Of a DNA stretch of 64,000 nt, positions 10,028 through 24,085 are shown piece after piece; position 1 is the first letter of the stretch; the number at the start of each line of letters is the position of its first letter. The position numbers and the translations under genes are program-made. This stretch comes from Candidatus Omnitrophota bacterium (lineage in GTDB: Bacteria > Omnitrophota > Gorgyraeia > Zapsychrales > Zapsychraceae), in the NCBI GenBank assembly GCA_029261065.1, contig JAJDCB010000026.1, positions 18,715-82,714 on the forward strand, in the 5' to 3' direction. A model generated the notes under the pieces. The model made no database searches and was not told the DNA's origin. It saw nothing but the letters and a program-made list of their open reading frames with translations.

Positions 10028-10993
10028 TTATGATGGAACAGGATTTGGAAAAGATCCATCTTTAAAAAAAGCCACTAATGAATCTACGGTTAATCTTGCC
10101 TTGTTTTGAGTCGACTCCATTGTATTAAATGCGTTGTGCGGTGTAAATAAGACATTGTCTTTATCTTTAAGTTTGAAAATATCCTGTATCTCATCCTCTT
10201 TTGCCTCTTTGTTCCCTCTGAGGTGCTCGGCAAGAACCCCCTCGTTGGGATAAACATCTAAACTCAAAGCCCCTAAGATACCTTCGCTATATAAGGCATA
10301 TAAATCTTTTATAGGTGTAATTTCTCCTCGAGAAATGTTAATTAAAAGGGTTCCGGGGTTTGCATTTTTTAAGTTTTCATAATTAAGCATTTCATGTGTT
10401 TGCCCTGTCAACGGAAGGGCGCACACAATAATTTCTGCCCAAGCGATACCTTCTTTTAGGTCAACATATTCCAAAGATGCTGCTTGTTGTACTATATCGA
10501 TGCCTTTAACCTGCATGCCTAAGGCTTGGGCTTGTTTGACAATCTCCAAACCAATATTACCAACACCAACAACTAAAACATTGCGCCCCAAACATTGTCT
10601 TCCAGATAAATTATCACGTTCAAAATTGTCGAATTGTCGAATCTGTTGCTTGATATTTTTTAATAACACAAACATCGCACCAATGGCATGTTCAGCTACA
10701 GACCTAGAGCAGTAATCTCCTAAATAGCCACTCGATAGCGTTGCCTTATTTTCTTTTAGGTAACGCGTAACATGATCAAACCCTTGACTACGCGTTAAAA
10801 TGCCTTTGAGTTGATTGCTCCATGGAGCGGGGATATGTGATTGTGTCCGAATACAAATAACAGGGGATGGTAACTGCAAATCGTCATTTACCTGAATGGT
10901 GTTGACCGTAAAACCCGCTTTAATAGAAGTGGGCAAAACCTGACGAATAGCCTGTTCTTCTTCCTTAAAAACTTCGTAAAACATTACATCCAT
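10028..10993 (-). CDS. D-isomer-specific 2-hydroxyacid dehydrogenase (NAD-binding)
   Basis: VLVVGVGNIGLEIVKQAQALGMQV Rossmann motif. Family-typical R/E/H catalytic context near FTPHNAF. Confidence 0.75.
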   Translation of the reverse strand: MDVMFYEVFKEEEQAIRQVLPTSIKAGFTVNTIQVNDDLQLPSPVICIRTQSHIPAPWSNQLKGILTRSQGFDHVTRYLKENKATLSSGYLGDYCSRSVAEHAIGAMFVLLKNIKQQIRQFDNFERDNLSGRQCLGRNVLVVGVGNIGLEIVKQAQALGMQVKGIDIVQQAASLEYVDLKEGIAWAEIIVCALPLTGQTHEMLNYENLKNANPGTLLINISRGEITPIKDLYALYSEGILGALSLDVYPNEGVLAEHLRGNKEAKEDEIQDIFKLKDKDNVLFTPHNAFNTMESTQNKARLTVDSLVAFFKDGSFPNPVPS

Positions 10994-11144
10994 ACTATTT
11001 TTTCCTTAGTGAGCTTTGTTCCTTTTGAGAAACATCATTATATCGCATTCGTTGGTAAGAAAAAAGCTGTTCGATAGAAAAAAATTGTGTGCCAATCGTC
11101 GCCATGATACAATGAGGCCTTCTTAATTATTAGGTAAGAGCCCT

Positions 11145-11636
11145 ATGTCAAAAAAATCGCCAAATTTTGGAATCAACGCATTCGGAATAATATTAATTGT
11201 TAGCTCTATTTCAAACCTTTTAACAATCGTTTTAAAGCAAGACTGGTATCTCAACGAACTTTATGCGCATTGGCCTGCATGGGCTGCCTGGTTAAGATAT
11301 GGGTTCTCGTTTTTTCAACGCATTTTGGGGCTAACAGCAGGATTTGGTCTTCTTTTCCGCAAGGAGTTCGGTCGAATAATTGCCCTCGTTATTGGTTGTT
11401 TTACTATTTCAACCGTGTATTGGAAGCACCCCTTTGTTTCCTATTTTCTTCATACTCATCGTGTTATGGAAGAACTCACACAAGCTGGCCTGCTCAACAC
11501 AAAAGTATCTCTCGGCACAATGACAATGATTGCCATGATTACTAATTGTCTGCTTGATATCGGCTTTTGTCTATTTCTTATTTACTTTTTAACACGCCCA
11601 GCAGTTGTGTCCATATTTAAAAGAAAAGATTCATGA
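11145..11636 (+). CDS. Small multi-pass membrane protein, unknown function
   Basis: Four predicted hydrophobic helices. Putative extended -10 promoter (TGaTACAAT) about 30 nt upstream. Confidence 0.35.
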   Translation: MSKKSPNFGINAFGIILIVSSISNLLTIVLKQDWYLNELYAHWPAWAAWLRYGFSFFQRILGLTAGFGLLFRKEFGRIIALVIGCFTISTVYWKHPFVSYFLHTHRVMEELTQAGLLNTKVSLGTMTMIAMITNCLLDIGFCLFLIYFLTRPAVVSIFKRKDS

Positions 11637-12232
11637 CCTTCTCATTCTTACAAGGCATTCCCTATCGTGATGTTTTCATTTATAATTTCTTAACATTTTT
11701 GAAATTAGGATATAGTTATGATTTGCGCTTTAAGATTGTTCAACCATACCTACATAAAGATGATGTCATTTTAGACGTGTGTGCCGGTTATGGCAGATTA
11801 AAAAAATTTATTCCTAAAGAATGCACCTACCATTGTATCGATGCTAGTCCGACATTTCTAAAAAAATTAAAACAAAAGGAAATACCCTCCTCTTTGCAAA
11901 ACATTAATGAAAAATGTGTCATTAATTATTCTCATTATACTGTCGTTGTAATGATTATCTCTTTGTGTCACTTTCCAAAATCTAGAATTCACACATTGTT
12001 AGACTCTTTTACAAAAATGGGCAACCGTGTGATTATCATTGAAGAGGTTATAAAAACACCCAAACAGAACCACACGTGGTTAAGAAAGATAATGAATTAC
12101 TTGTGCTGTGTAGATTATAACAAACACCTCTCTTTATTAACATTTGAAGAGTTTAAAGACATTCTATCAAAACATAATTACAAGGTAACTCGCTATAACA
12201 ATCGTTATAGCATAGGAACGTTTGGCGTATGA
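11633..12232 (+). CDS. Class I SAM-dependent methyltransferase
   Basis: VILDVCAGYGRL motif I. Overlaps neighbouring genes by 4 nt (operon). Confidence 0.5.
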   Translation: MTFSFLQGIPYRDVFIYNFLTFLKLGYSYDLRFKIVQPYLHKDDVILDVCAGYGRLKKFIPKECTYHCIDASPTFLKKLKQKEIPSSLQNINEKCVINYSHYTVVVMIISLCHFPKSRIHTLLDSFTKMGNRVIIIEEVIKTPKQNHTWLRKIMNYLCCVDYNKHLSLLTFEEFKDILSKHNYKVTRYNNRYSIGTFGV

Positions 12233-13338
12233 AGACTCCCTTGATACCTTGGGCTAAGCCCACCTTATTTGAAAAAGAAAAAGAATACATGTTAGCGGCC
12301 CTTGAGTCGACATGGATCTCAGATGGTAGCTTTGTTGATCAATTCGAAAAAAACTTATCTAATCTTCATAACAACCTTAAGTGCGTGACCACATCAAGTG
12401 GAACCGCAGCACTTCAACTTGCCTTGTTAGCTCTCAATATTGGCGAAGGTGATGACGTAATCGTACCAGGATACACTTTTGCTGGCCCCATCAATATGGT
12501 TTTGGCTCAAAAAGCCCGTCCCGTTTTTGTAGATATTAATCCTCATACATGGTGCATCGATGCTGCAACCCTTGAACTACACATAACACCACAAACTAAA
12601 GCTATCCTCCTCGTTCATATTTATGGTAATGTTTGCAACATAGATAGTATTCGCGAGATTGCCAACAAACACAACTTGGTCATAATCGAAGATGCCGCTC
12701 AAGCTATCTTTTCAAAATACAAAAATCAATATGCAGGAACCTTTGGCGACATCGGTTGTTTTAGCACGCAAGCTACAAAAACAATTACAACGGGCGAAGG
12801 TGGTTTTATTATGACGCCACATAAACACTTAGATGAAAAATGTCGCATTATCCGCAATCATGGCGTAACACCCAACAAAAAATATTGGCATGAACGTTTA
12901 GGTTTTAACTTTCGTTTAACAAATATACAGGCGGCGTTAGGTTGCGCCCAATTAGAAAACATGCGCTCTCTTACAAAAGACAAAAAAAGAGTGCATGTTC
13001 GATATAAAAACGAGTTAAAAGATTTTGAAAAAATTCGTTTTCAAGAATTTACCGATGATGTTGCTCCCGTCATTTGGAGTACCACCATTCAACTGCATGA
13101 TCAATTTACATCTACACAACGTAACACTATTATTGAAAAGATGCTGACGAATAACATAGAATGTCGTCCGGGATATTACGCGTTTAACGATATGCCCCTT
13201 TATAATGCCCCAGAGCTTAAAGAGTCCATTAAAGTCAGCCAAAGCACCATAAGTTTGCCTTCATATCCATCGTTGTCAGACAGCGACATTAATTTCGTTG
13301 CTCAAACACTCAAAAATATAATATCAAATGACTTATAA
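12229..13338 (+). CDS. DegT/DnrJ/EryC1/StrS-family PLP-dependent sugar aminotransferase (ArnB-like)
   Basis: Full-length similarity pattern (TSSGTAALQLAL...GDIGCFSTQATKTITTGEGG). Confidence 0.85.
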   Translation: MKTPLIPWAKPTLFEKEKEYMLAALESTWISDGSFVDQFEKNLSNLHNNLKCVTTSSGTAALQLALLALNIGEGDDVIVPGYTFAGPINMVLAQKARPVFVDINPHTWCIDAATLELHITPQTKAILLVHIYGNVCNIDSIREIANKHNLVIIEDAAQAIFSKYKNQYAGTFGDIGCFSTQATKTITTGEGGFIMTPHKHLDEKCRIIRNHGVTPNKKYWHERLGFNFRLTNIQAALGCAQLENMRSLTKDKKRVHVRYKNELKDFEKIRFQEFTDDVAPVIWSTTIQLHDQFTSTQRNTIIEKMLTNNIECRPGYYAFNDMPLYNAPELKESIKVSQSTISLPSYPSLSDSDINFVAQTLKNIISNDL

Positions 13339-14087
13339 TGATCGACAAAACTTCAAAAACTGTCTCAATCGTCCTCCCTGCTTATAACGAATGTGAGTCT
13401 ATCTCTCCTCTTATTCAAACCATTCAATCAGAACTAAATGATACACGTTTAGAAATTATCGTAGTTGATGATGCTAGCCCTGACTTTACTGGTAAAAAGA
13501 TTGAAGATACTCATCTAAAAAATGTGACGGTACTTTTTAATGCACCACGAATAGGTTTGGCTAAATCTATTCGTCGAGGTATTGAAAAAACAACAGGTGA
13601 TTATATTGTCATTATGGACTCTGATGGTAACCATCAACCCCAATATTTAAAATCTATGATTCAAAAACTAAATCAGTATGATTGTATTAGCGCATCACGT
13701 TTTCTCAATAACGAGGTTCAACACAAAACATCACAAAGTCATGCGGTATCCAACCCCTGGCGCTTTCGGACAACGAAGATATTTAATAAAATCACTCGGT
13801 CTCTTCTTAAGGGAACCATTACAGATTATTTTTATGGATTTCTTATCATTAACAAAAAATGTTTAGAATTATGCGACTATACTCATATATTCTATGGTTA
13901 CGGTGATTATTGTATGCGGTTACTAAACGCTTTACAAAAACAAAACGTCAACATTTCCGAAATTCCCGTCATTAACGGCCCTCGTCTTGCTGGCGTAGGT
14001 AACAAAAACTTTGCTCCCATATTTGCTCAGTATTCTAACGAGGTTCTAAAAACATTTTTTAATAATTCAAAAAGGTCTCATGTATAA
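13338..14087 (+). CDS. Family 2 glycosyltransferase (DPM1/ArnC/GtrB-like polyprenyl-phosphate sugar transferase type)
   Basis: SIVLPAYNE...VVDDASPD...MDSDGNHQP motifs. Confidence 0.75.
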   Translation: MIDKTSKTVSIVLPAYNECESISPLIQTIQSELNDTRLEIIVVDDASPDFTGKKIEDTHLKNVTVLFNAPRIGLAKSIRRGIEKTTGDYIVIMDSDGNHQPQYLKSMIQKLNQYDCISASRFLNNEVQHKTSQSHAVSNPWRFRTTKIFNKITRSLLKGTITDYFYGFLIINKKCLELCDYTHIFYGYGDYCMRLLNALQKQNVNISEIPVINGPRLAGVGNKNFAPIFAQYSNEVLKTFFNNSKRSHV

Positions 14088-15324
14088 AGAAGTGCATCAA
14101 TGCCGCATTTGTGGTAACAAAAACCTAATACCCATCATCGATTTAGGGGAACATCATTTAACAAGTTTATTTCCTCGTACAAAATCGACCCCCATTCCCC
14201 TGGCACCACTTACATTGATTAAATGTTCTGGCAATACAGGCTGTGGTTTTGTGCAACTGAAACATACCGTTGAGCCTAAATACTTATATACCGATAATTA
14301 TGGCTACCGCTCCGGACTTAACATAACCATCGTCAATCATCTTAAAGAAGCCTTTAAATATTTAACAACGATTGTTTCTCTTAAAGACAAGGATCTTATC
14401 ATCGATATCGGTAGTAACGATGGGACTTTTTTAAATTTCTTTGAACAAAAATACGATTTGTTGGGTATTGATCCTTTAATAAAAAAATTTGAAAACTGTT
14501 ACACTGAAGGCACCCATCTCATATCGGACTTCTTCACAGAAGATACCATTCATTCGTACCTCAAAAACCGTAGAGCTAAAATTATCACCTCTTTCTCTAT
14601 GTTTTATGACGTCGACAATCCTCTCGCGTTTATGAAAACCATAACGGAATCCTTGGCTAATAATGGTGTCTGGTTATTGGAACAAAACTATTTACCAACG
14701 ATGTTGAAACAAACAGCATACGATACTATTTGCCATGAACACATCGGTTATTATTGTCTTAAACAAATCCAGTGGATGGCAGATAAAGTTGATTTAAAAG
14801 TTGTTGATGTATTTTTAACGGATCTTAATGGCGGGAGTTTTTCGGTAACACTTGCACATAAAAGCTCTTCTCTAGAGGTAGCCACAAAAAAAATCGAGAA
14901 CTTTGTAAAAAACGAGGAAGAATTCTTTAACGATGCCAGCTTAATATCTTCATTCACCCATCGCGTTGCCCAACACAAAATTGACATGAAACAATTGTTA
15001 AAAGAATTGAAGCATCAAAACAAAAAAGTTGTAGGCTTTGGGGCCTCTACAAAGGGAAACGTTATTCTTCAATATTGCCAGGTTACCCCTGAAGAATTAA
15101 CTTGTATCGTTGAGGTCAACGAAGAAAAATTTGATATGCTAACACCAGGCACTCACATCCCAATCGTATCCCAAGAAAAACTAAAAGATCTTAACCCCGA
15201 TTACATATTAGTCCTCCCTTGGCATTTAAAAAACTTTATTCTCAAAGAAGGAGCTCGCTTATTCCCTCCAAAAGCTTCCATTATCTTTACGCTACCGAAT
15301 ATTGAAATTGCAAAAAATAACTAA
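14080..15324 (+). CDS. Sugar C-methyltransferase-like protein (N-terminal zinc ribbon plus SAM methyltransferase plus C-terminal domain)
   Basis: CRICGNKN...C..C zinc ribbon. DIGSNDGTF SAM motif. About 410 aa, typical of the TylC3/NovU-type family. Confidence 0.55.
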   Translation: MYKEVHQCRICGNKNLIPIIDLGEHHLTSLFPRTKSTPIPLAPLTLIKCSGNTGCGFVQLKHTVEPKYLYTDNYGYRSGLNITIVNHLKEAFKYLTTIVSLKDKDLIIDIGSNDGTFLNFFEQKYDLLGIDPLIKKFENCYTEGTHLISDFFTEDTIHSYLKNRRAKIITSFSMFYDVDNPLAFMKTITESLANNGVWLLEQNYLPTMLKQTAYDTICHEHIGYYCLKQIQWMADKVDLKVVDVFLTDLNGGSFSVTLAHKSSSLEVATKKIENFVKNEEEFFNDASLISSFTHRVAQHKIDMKQLLKELKHQNKKVVGFGASTKGNVILQYCQVTPEELTCIVEVNEEKFDMLTPGTHIPIVSQEKLKDLNPDYILVLPWHLKNFILKEGARLFPPKASIIFTLPNIEIAKNN

Positions 15325-15341
15325 AGCTTCTTACGGATTCA

Positions 15342-17282
15342 TTATTTTCGATTAAGTTTATAGAGAGCAAAAAGATCCGAAATATAAACAAGCGATAATG
15401 TTTTGGTTGGTTTTGGCGCTTCTCCTCGAAAAAAGACTATATAATCGACATTATAATCCCGAATCGCTCGCATGACAGCTTGCTTGTACGATGCGCGCGG
15501 TGCGTTAAATTTAAAACTACCTAAATGCTCTAGCTTAACCAAATAGTCTTTAATCGATGCGATATCAAGAGCAAACGTTCCTGTGTCGGCTTCGGAAAAA
15601 ACTAAACTGCGTTGGGCATGCAAACGAAACGTATTGTAAGGAATCTCTGGAAATAAAAAGAGGGCGTCTTTCTCTGTGTGTGTGCGGATATGTTTGCCCA
15701 GCACCTCAACATCTTTATGAATAAGTTCAATAGGGGTTCGGGCACGCCTCATATCCTTAATATGACGCCCTGTGTATCCACTCAAAAAAACACACAGCGG
15801 AATAAGTAGCATTATACGAAGAATCATTACCTTAGCCCCCTGCGGAACAAAATAATACACAAAGGCCGATAAAAGCATCAGCCAGCTGACAAGTACAAAG
15901 AGAGGCGATTGAAAAGGATTCGCGTGAACCAGCTGGCACATTTTGATAAGACCCCAAATAATAATACCTGTGCTAAAAAGCACGCACAGACAAAGCTTGG
16001 GCCAAACACGTATATAATATTTCAATCCCCATCCACGAAGAGCCTCTGCTGGCATACTTGATGATACCCCTTCTTTATTTACTTGCACGACACCTGTAAA
16101 AATCCAAATCGGTAAAAGTAATATTAAAAAACCAATAGAACTAAAATCTTTGTTCGTAAATGTCAGCATAGCAAAACCCATCACTACCCCTAACAAAAGA
16201 TTTTGTCTCTCTCCTAAAGCCTTCCAACATCCACTGATATATATCCCGATAAGAATAAATGAAAGAATACCGATTTGACGATTTAAAAGTAAACACAACA
16301 CTGTTAAATTTGGATGTATGTAGCTAGCCCAAAATTGCAGAACCAAACTTAAGAAAATAATAACACCCATAACATGAAACTTAGGTTGAGAGCGAAACTC
16401 TTTTGAAATTAATAAACTTGTTCCGTAAAGAGTAATAAGAAAAATTATAAATTTTAAACTAATCAAACCTTGAAAAAATGAACTAAAGGCCTCTGATAAC
16501 GGAAGCCTGCCGAAAAAGAAAAAGTAGGGGGCATAGTGTCTTATAAGCTTAAAAAATTCCGCAAACTCTTCTGGACCAAGTCCAGCCGACGTCCCTGTTT
16601 TGGACCTCAGATAAAAAATGACAACCGGCAAACTAAACAGCGTAAACAGGCCTATGGATTCTAAACATACACGAAATTTGTGTCGCAACTTTAATAAAAG
16701 ATAAGTAACAAGATAAAACATCGGAAAGAGTGCAAAGACAAGATGAATATTCATGGTAACACCTAAAATGATTGACGCTGTACGGTATCTGCTTTTAAAG
16801 AAATAATATAATCCGGCAAACATAGGCGCCAAGGCAAACTCAGCGTGCGAAAATGTCCGATACAAAAACATCTCAGAACGAAGAACGACCATAAACCCTA
16901 AAACACAGAACAAACTTAAAACGCGCTTTTTAGTTATCAAAAGCCAAAATTTATACATCCAAAAAAACATTAACAGACGGGAAACAAAAAAGAGAAGGGC
17001 GTAAACAGGTTTAATGTGCTCAGTTAGGACGATTCTACCCAAACTTTTGTAAAAAAAGGTAAGGTAATGAGCATGTTTCGTCTGTACGTAATCATCACGT
17101 GGATACAACTCCGGATCAATCGCCATCTTTAAAAACGGAATCTCAATCAACTGATCATCCATAGCATAACGATACCCGTGACTTATGTAAAAAATTCCGG
17201 TTATAAGCAAGGCGAAAAATAAGGGGTGGGATAAAATAGAAAAAAATGAGTGTTTTTTTAATTTCATTGGACTTCTAAACAT
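15342..17282 (-). CDS. Large polytopic membrane protein, possible GT-C-fold glycosyltransferase (ArnT/PMT-like)
   Basis: More than 12 predicted TM helices. Acidic DD motif in the first extracytoplasmic loop (YRYAMDDQLIEIPF). C-terminal soluble domain. Convergent with the sugar-modification operon. Confidence 0.35.
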   Translation of the reverse strand: MFRSPMKLKKHSFFSILSHPLFFALLITGIFYISHGYRYAMDDQLIEIPFLKMAIDPELYPRDDYVQTKHAHYLTFFYKSLGRIVLTEHIKPVYALLFFVSRLLMFFWMYKFWLLITKKRVLSLFCVLGFMVVLRSEMFLYRTFSHAEFALAPMFAGLYYFFKSRYRTASIILGVTMNIHLVFALFPMFYLVTYLLLKLRHKFRVCLESIGLFTLFSLPVVIFYLRSKTGTSAGLGPEEFAEFFKLIRHYAPYFFFFGRLPLSEAFSSFFQGLISLKFIIFLITLYGTSLLISKEFRSQPKFHVMGVIIFLSLVLQFWASYIHPNLTVLCLLLNRQIGILSFILIGIYISGCWKALGERQNLLLGVVMGFAMLTFTNKDFSSIGFLILLLPIWIFTGVVQVNKEGVSSSMPAEALRGWGLKYYIRVWPKLCLCVLFSTGIIIWGLIKMCQLVHANPFQSPLFVLVSWLMLLSAFVYYFVPQGAKVMILRIMLLIPLCVFLSGYTGRHIKDMRRARTPIELIHKDVEVLGKHIRTHTEKDALFLFPEIPYNTFRLHAQRSLVFSEADTGTFALDIASIKDYLVKLEHLGSFKFNAPRASYKQAVMRAIRDYNVDYIVFFRGEAPKPTKTLSLVYISDLFALYKLNRK

Positions 17283-17401
17283 AAAGACATATTACATCCA
17301 GATACACCGTAGGACAAGAATGAAAAGAATGAAATCTTAAAAATTTATTCTAACTGAAAAAAAGCCATCCTTCCTAATGGAAAAATGGCTTTTTGAAAAA
17401 A

Positions 17402-17475
17402 CGACCCCAGAGGGATTTGAACCCGCGCTGCCAGAATGAAAATCTGGTGTCCTGACCGGGCTAGACGATGGGGTC
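17402..17475 (-). tRNA. tRNA-Glu (anticodon UUC)
   Basis: Cloverleaf folded by hand: acceptor GACCCCA/TGGGGTC, anticodon loop TTTTCAT, T-loop TTCAAAT. Confidence 0.85.
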
Positions 17476-17539
17476 AAAATGAATTTTGTTATTATATTTA
17501 AGATTCAATTTTCGTCAAGTAAAATATTTTTCGGCGAAT

Positions 17540-19993
17540 TTATGCTTCGTCTTTATGCACGACATTGGCAATGGAGCTTACAATGTCATCTTTACTTAAA
17601 TTAATGAGTTTAACACCAACCGCACTGCGTCCTGTTTGACGAACGTCACTTGGGGCACATCTAACAACCATGCCTTGTTTGGTTACTGTCATAACTTCAT
17701 CACCTTCGACAACAGCTAAAACGCCAACAACAGGTCCGTTACGATCTGTGACCTTAACGTTAATTATACCTTTTCCTCCACGAGACTGTGTTCGGTAATC
17801 TTCAAAATTAGATCTTTTAGCATATCCTTTTTCTGTTACCGATAAAAGAGTGCTTCCTGTTTTACTGATGTCTGGTGGGAAGACTTGCATGCTGACGACT
17901 TGATCGGATTTTCTAAGACCAATTCCCTTAACTCCTTTTGCGCCTCGTCCCATATCTCGTATTTGCTTCTCAGAGAAACGCAAAGATTTACCTTCCTTCG
18001 TTGCCAAAAGAACATCATATTTTCCTGTGCTTAAAGATGTTCCTATTAAAGCATCCCCTTTGTCCAATGTGATTCCTACAATTCCCGATTTGCGAGGATT
18101 GCTAAAGGCGGAAAGTTTTGTCTTTTTAACATTTCCCTTGGCTGTTGCCATAACAAGAGACATGGTGTCTGTAAATTCTTTGACCGCTACAATGGAGCTA
18201 ATATTTTCATCCTTTGCCAAAGATAGCAGATTAACAATATTTTTTCCCTTAGCATGTCTTGCCGCTATTGGTATCTCATAAACTTTAAGCCAGCGAATAA
18301 TACCTTTGTTTGAGAAGACAAGTAGATAATCTTTAGATGATGCGACAAATAATTGTCTGACAAAATCTTCTTCTCGCGTTGTCATCGCAGCAACACCCTT
18401 ACCACCACGTTTTTGTTTTCGATACGATGAAACGGCTAACCGCTTGATATATCCGGCATTACTAATCGTAATCGCCATGTCTTCTTCAGCAATTAAATCT
18501 TCTATTTCAATTTCTTCCGCTTTTGCCGCAATCTCTGTTCGACGCGGATTAGAATATTTTTTCTTAATAGCAGCTAATTCATCTTTAACTATATCATTTA
18601 TCATTTGCTCAGATGCTAAAATAGAGCGGTAGAGATCGATATCTTTTAATAAGGCCTTATATTCATCATCAATTTTATGTTGTTCTAGAGCTGTTAGCCT
18701 TTGCAGTTGCATTTCCAAAATGGCTTGCGCTTGGATTTCGGAAAGTTTAAAATTTTTCATCAAATTGACTTTAGCGATCGACGACGATTTTGACTCACGA
18801 ATCGTTTTAATAACTTGATTAATAAAGTCTAAAGCAATTTTCAATCCTTCTAGGATATGAGCTCTTCTAAGGGCTTTGTCTAAATCAAATTGTGTACGAC
18901 GACGGACAACAACACGACGATGTACGATAAAGTTTGAACATATTTGTTTAAGATTTAAAATTTGTGGACTGTTGTTTACAAGGGCAAGATTAATAACACC
19001 GAAGGTTGTTTCCAATTGTGTATGTTTGTACAAATAATTAAGAACGATTTGTGGCTGAACATCTCGGCGTAGTTCGATAACAATACGAATACCATCTTTA
19101 TCAGATTCATCACGAAGATCTGTAATGCCATCAATTTTTTTAAGTTGAACAAGTTTTGCGATAGCCTCTATCAAATTGGATTTATTAACCTGATATGGGA
19201 TTTCCGTAACAACAATCGTATCTTTATTTGCCTTTTGTCGTTCAATCGTTGCTCGCGCACGAACAGTTAGCTTGCCGCGCCCCGTTTCCTGAGCATTTTT
19301 GATTCCTTCTCGACCACAAATAATCCCACCTGTAGGGAAATCCGGACCCTTTACAAACTTAGCTAGCTGTTTGATTGTCGCCTCTGGCGTATCAATTAAA
19401 TGAGTGATCGCATCAATAGACTCACCCAAATTATGCGGAGGCATATTTGTGGCCATACCAACGGCAATTCCACTAGAACCATTGATAAGTAAATTTGGAA
19501 TAACAGATGGCAGACAGGTTGGTTCTTTTAAAGAGCCATCGTAATTAGGGACAAAATCAACCGTGTTCTTTTCAATATCATTTAACATCTCATGAGCAAT
19601 ACCGGTAAGTCGGGCTTCCGTATAACGCATCGCGGCCGCAGCATCCCCGTCGACAGAACCAAAATTTCCTTGGCCATCCACTAAAGGGTATCTCATGCTA
19701 AATTCCTGAGCCATGCGCACCAAGGTATCATAAATCGCTGAATCCCCATGAGGATGATATCCCCCCATAACGTCCCCAACGATCTTCGCACATTTTCTAA
19801 ACGGTTTGTTTGGAGCTAAACCCATGGCATGCATCCCATAAAGGATACGTCTATGTACAGGTTTTAAACCATCTCTGACATCCGGTAAGGCCCTTCCGAC
19901 AATAACACTCATCGAATAAGAAAGATAAGAGCTCTTCATCTCTTCTTCTATAAAAACAGGAACTATTTTTTCTCGAATAGATAAATCACGCAT
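17540..19993 (-). CDS. gyrA: DNA gyrase subunit A
   Basis: AMRYTEARL active-site Tyr region. 817 aa. Confidence 0.95.
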   Translation of the reverse strand: MRDLSIREKIVPVFIEEEMKSSYLSYSMSVIVGRALPDVRDGLKPVHRRILYGMHAMGLAPNKPFRKCAKIVGDVMGGYHPHGDSAIYDTLVRMAQEFSMRYPLVDGQGNFGSVDGDAAAAMRYTEARLTGIAHEMLNDIEKNTVDFVPNYDGSLKEPTCLPSVIPNLLINGSSGIAVGMATNMPPHNLGESIDAITHLIDTPEATIKQLAKFVKGPDFPTGGIICGREGIKNAQETGRGKLTVRARATIERQKANKDTIVVTEIPYQVNKSNLIEAIAKLVQLKKIDGITDLRDESDKDGIRIVIELRRDVQPQIVLNYLYKHTQLETTFGVINLALVNNSPQILNLKQICSNFIVHRRVVVRRRTQFDLDKALRRAHILEGLKIALDFINQVIKTIRESKSSSIAKVNLMKNFKLSEIQAQAILEMQLQRLTALEQHKIDDEYKALLKDIDLYRSILASEQMINDIVKDELAAIKKKYSNPRRTEIAAKAEEIEIEDLIAEEDMAITISNAGYIKRLAVSSYRKQKRGGKGVAAMTTREEDFVRQLFVASSKDYLLVFSNKGIIRWLKVYEIPIAARHAKGKNIVNLLSLAKDENISSIVAVKEFTDTMSLVMATAKGNVKKTKLSAFSNPRKSGIVGITLDKGDALIGTSLSTGKYDVLLATKEGKSLRFSEKQIRDMGRGAKGVKGIGLRKSDQVVSMQVFPPDISKTGSTLLSVTEKGYAKRSNFEDYRTQSRGGKGIINVKVTDRNGPVVGVLAVVEGDEVMTVTKQGMVVRCAPSDVRQTGRSAVGVKLINLSKDDIVSSIANVVHKDEA

Positions 19994-20015
19994 TGCTTCT
20001 TACCTTTCACCTTTA

Positions 20016-22798
<2,783 letters not shown>

Positions 22799-22848
22799 AA
22801 AGAATCAAAAATTTCTAGTCAATTTTATTTTTATTTAAACTTCGGGAT

Positions 22849-23937
22849 CTAGATCCTCATCGGAAGAGCCAAATACAAATAATCATCTATTCTCATAACA
22901 GCAGGTTTATCTACACCTAAAAGCTCCATATCAATATCCTCTTCATCAATATTCTTAAGAAAATCGATGAGAAATTGGGGATTAAAACCTACAACTAATT
23001 CGTTTCCTGCGTATTCGACAGGAATTTCCTCTCTAGATTCTCCAACATCAGGTGTCGTCTTTGAGATGACCATTTTATCCTTAAATATCTCGAATTTAAC
23101 GGCTTGGAAATCCGGAGTTGCTAACAAATTGGCGCGACGGATCGAAAATAAAAAATCTTTAGTATTCATTTTAATCCGATTTTTAGCTGGTTTTGGAATA
23201 ACTTGGTTATAATTTGGAAAATCGCCCTCAATCATTCTTGTCGCAATAAGAACACCATCAATATCAAATAAAATCTGATTAACCCCAATGATAAAAGAAA
23301 CCTGGCCATCTTCTTTTAAATTTCGACTAATTTCCATAACAGCCTTAATAGGCAAAATAACAGAAACTTCCTTTTTTATAGATTTTTCTAGTTTTTTCTC
23401 CGATTTAGCTAATCTTCTTCCATCAGTTGCCACAACACGAATTAAATCATTTTGGATCTCCAAAAGAACTCCGTTTAAAACATATCGAGATTCTTCGTGT
23501 GAAACAGCAAAAGACGTTAATCTAAACATTTCCTTTAAAATAGCCTGATCTATCTGGATAACCTCTTTGTCCTTAAACTCCGGAAATTTGGGGAATTCTT
23601 CTTTAGGAAGCCCTATGAGTTTAAACCGGCAATTAACACCTTCAATATCAATCTGATTGTTTTTCTTAGCATGAATAGTTATATCCCCAGCAGGAAGTTC
23701 TTTGACAATGTCGCTAAATCTTTTCGCTGGAATAGTTATTGCCCCTTCTTCAAGAGTTTCCACAGGTAATTCACAGGATATACCTATGTCTAAATCAGTA
23801 GCATTGAGCTTAATGTGACCATCGCGAGCTTCCATTAATATGTTAGAAAGTATAGGTAGAGTCGCTTTAGGCGATACCACGTTTTGAACTGTATGAATAC
23901 CGTTTAACAAAATATCTTTAGAAAGTTTAATTTTCAT
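22849..23937 (-). CDS. dnaN: DNA polymerase III beta sliding clamp
   Basis: 362 aa with the three-domain beta-clamp pattern, directly downstream of dnaA. Confidence 0.9.
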   Translation of the reverse strand: MKIKLSKDILLNGIHTVQNVVSPKATLPILSNILMEARDGHIKLNATDLDIGISCELPVETLEEGAITIPAKRFSDIVKELPAGDITIHAKKNNQIDIEGVNCRFKLIGLPKEEFPKFPEFKDKEVIQIDQAILKEMFRLTSFAVSHEESRYVLNGVLLEIQNDLIRVVATDGRRLAKSEKKLEKSIKKEVSVILPIKAVMEISRNLKEDGQVSFIIGVNQILFDIDGVLIATRMIEGDFPNYNQVIPKPAKNRIKMNTKDFLFSIRRANLLATPDFQAVKFEIFKDKMVISKTTPDVGESREEIPVEYAGNELVVGFNPQFLIDFLKNIDEEDIDMELLGVDKPAVMRIDDYLYLALPMRI

Positions 23938-24085
23938 TGTTAATACATCCTCCTATTATACTAAGGTATAATGTCCCCAATTAGTATTAGTCTAAGTAGG
24001 CCCTGTGGAAAACTAGAACAACTTCGAAAACAATTTAAAACAAACAACTTATAGAAAAAAATCCCGTTAATAACCTTGGGATGAA

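Noticed and set aside
11270-11545. Alternate-frame 91-aa ORF inside the 163-aa membrane protein gene
   Set aside because: Cys/Ser-rich nonsense translation; the overlapping frame gives coherent TM helices.
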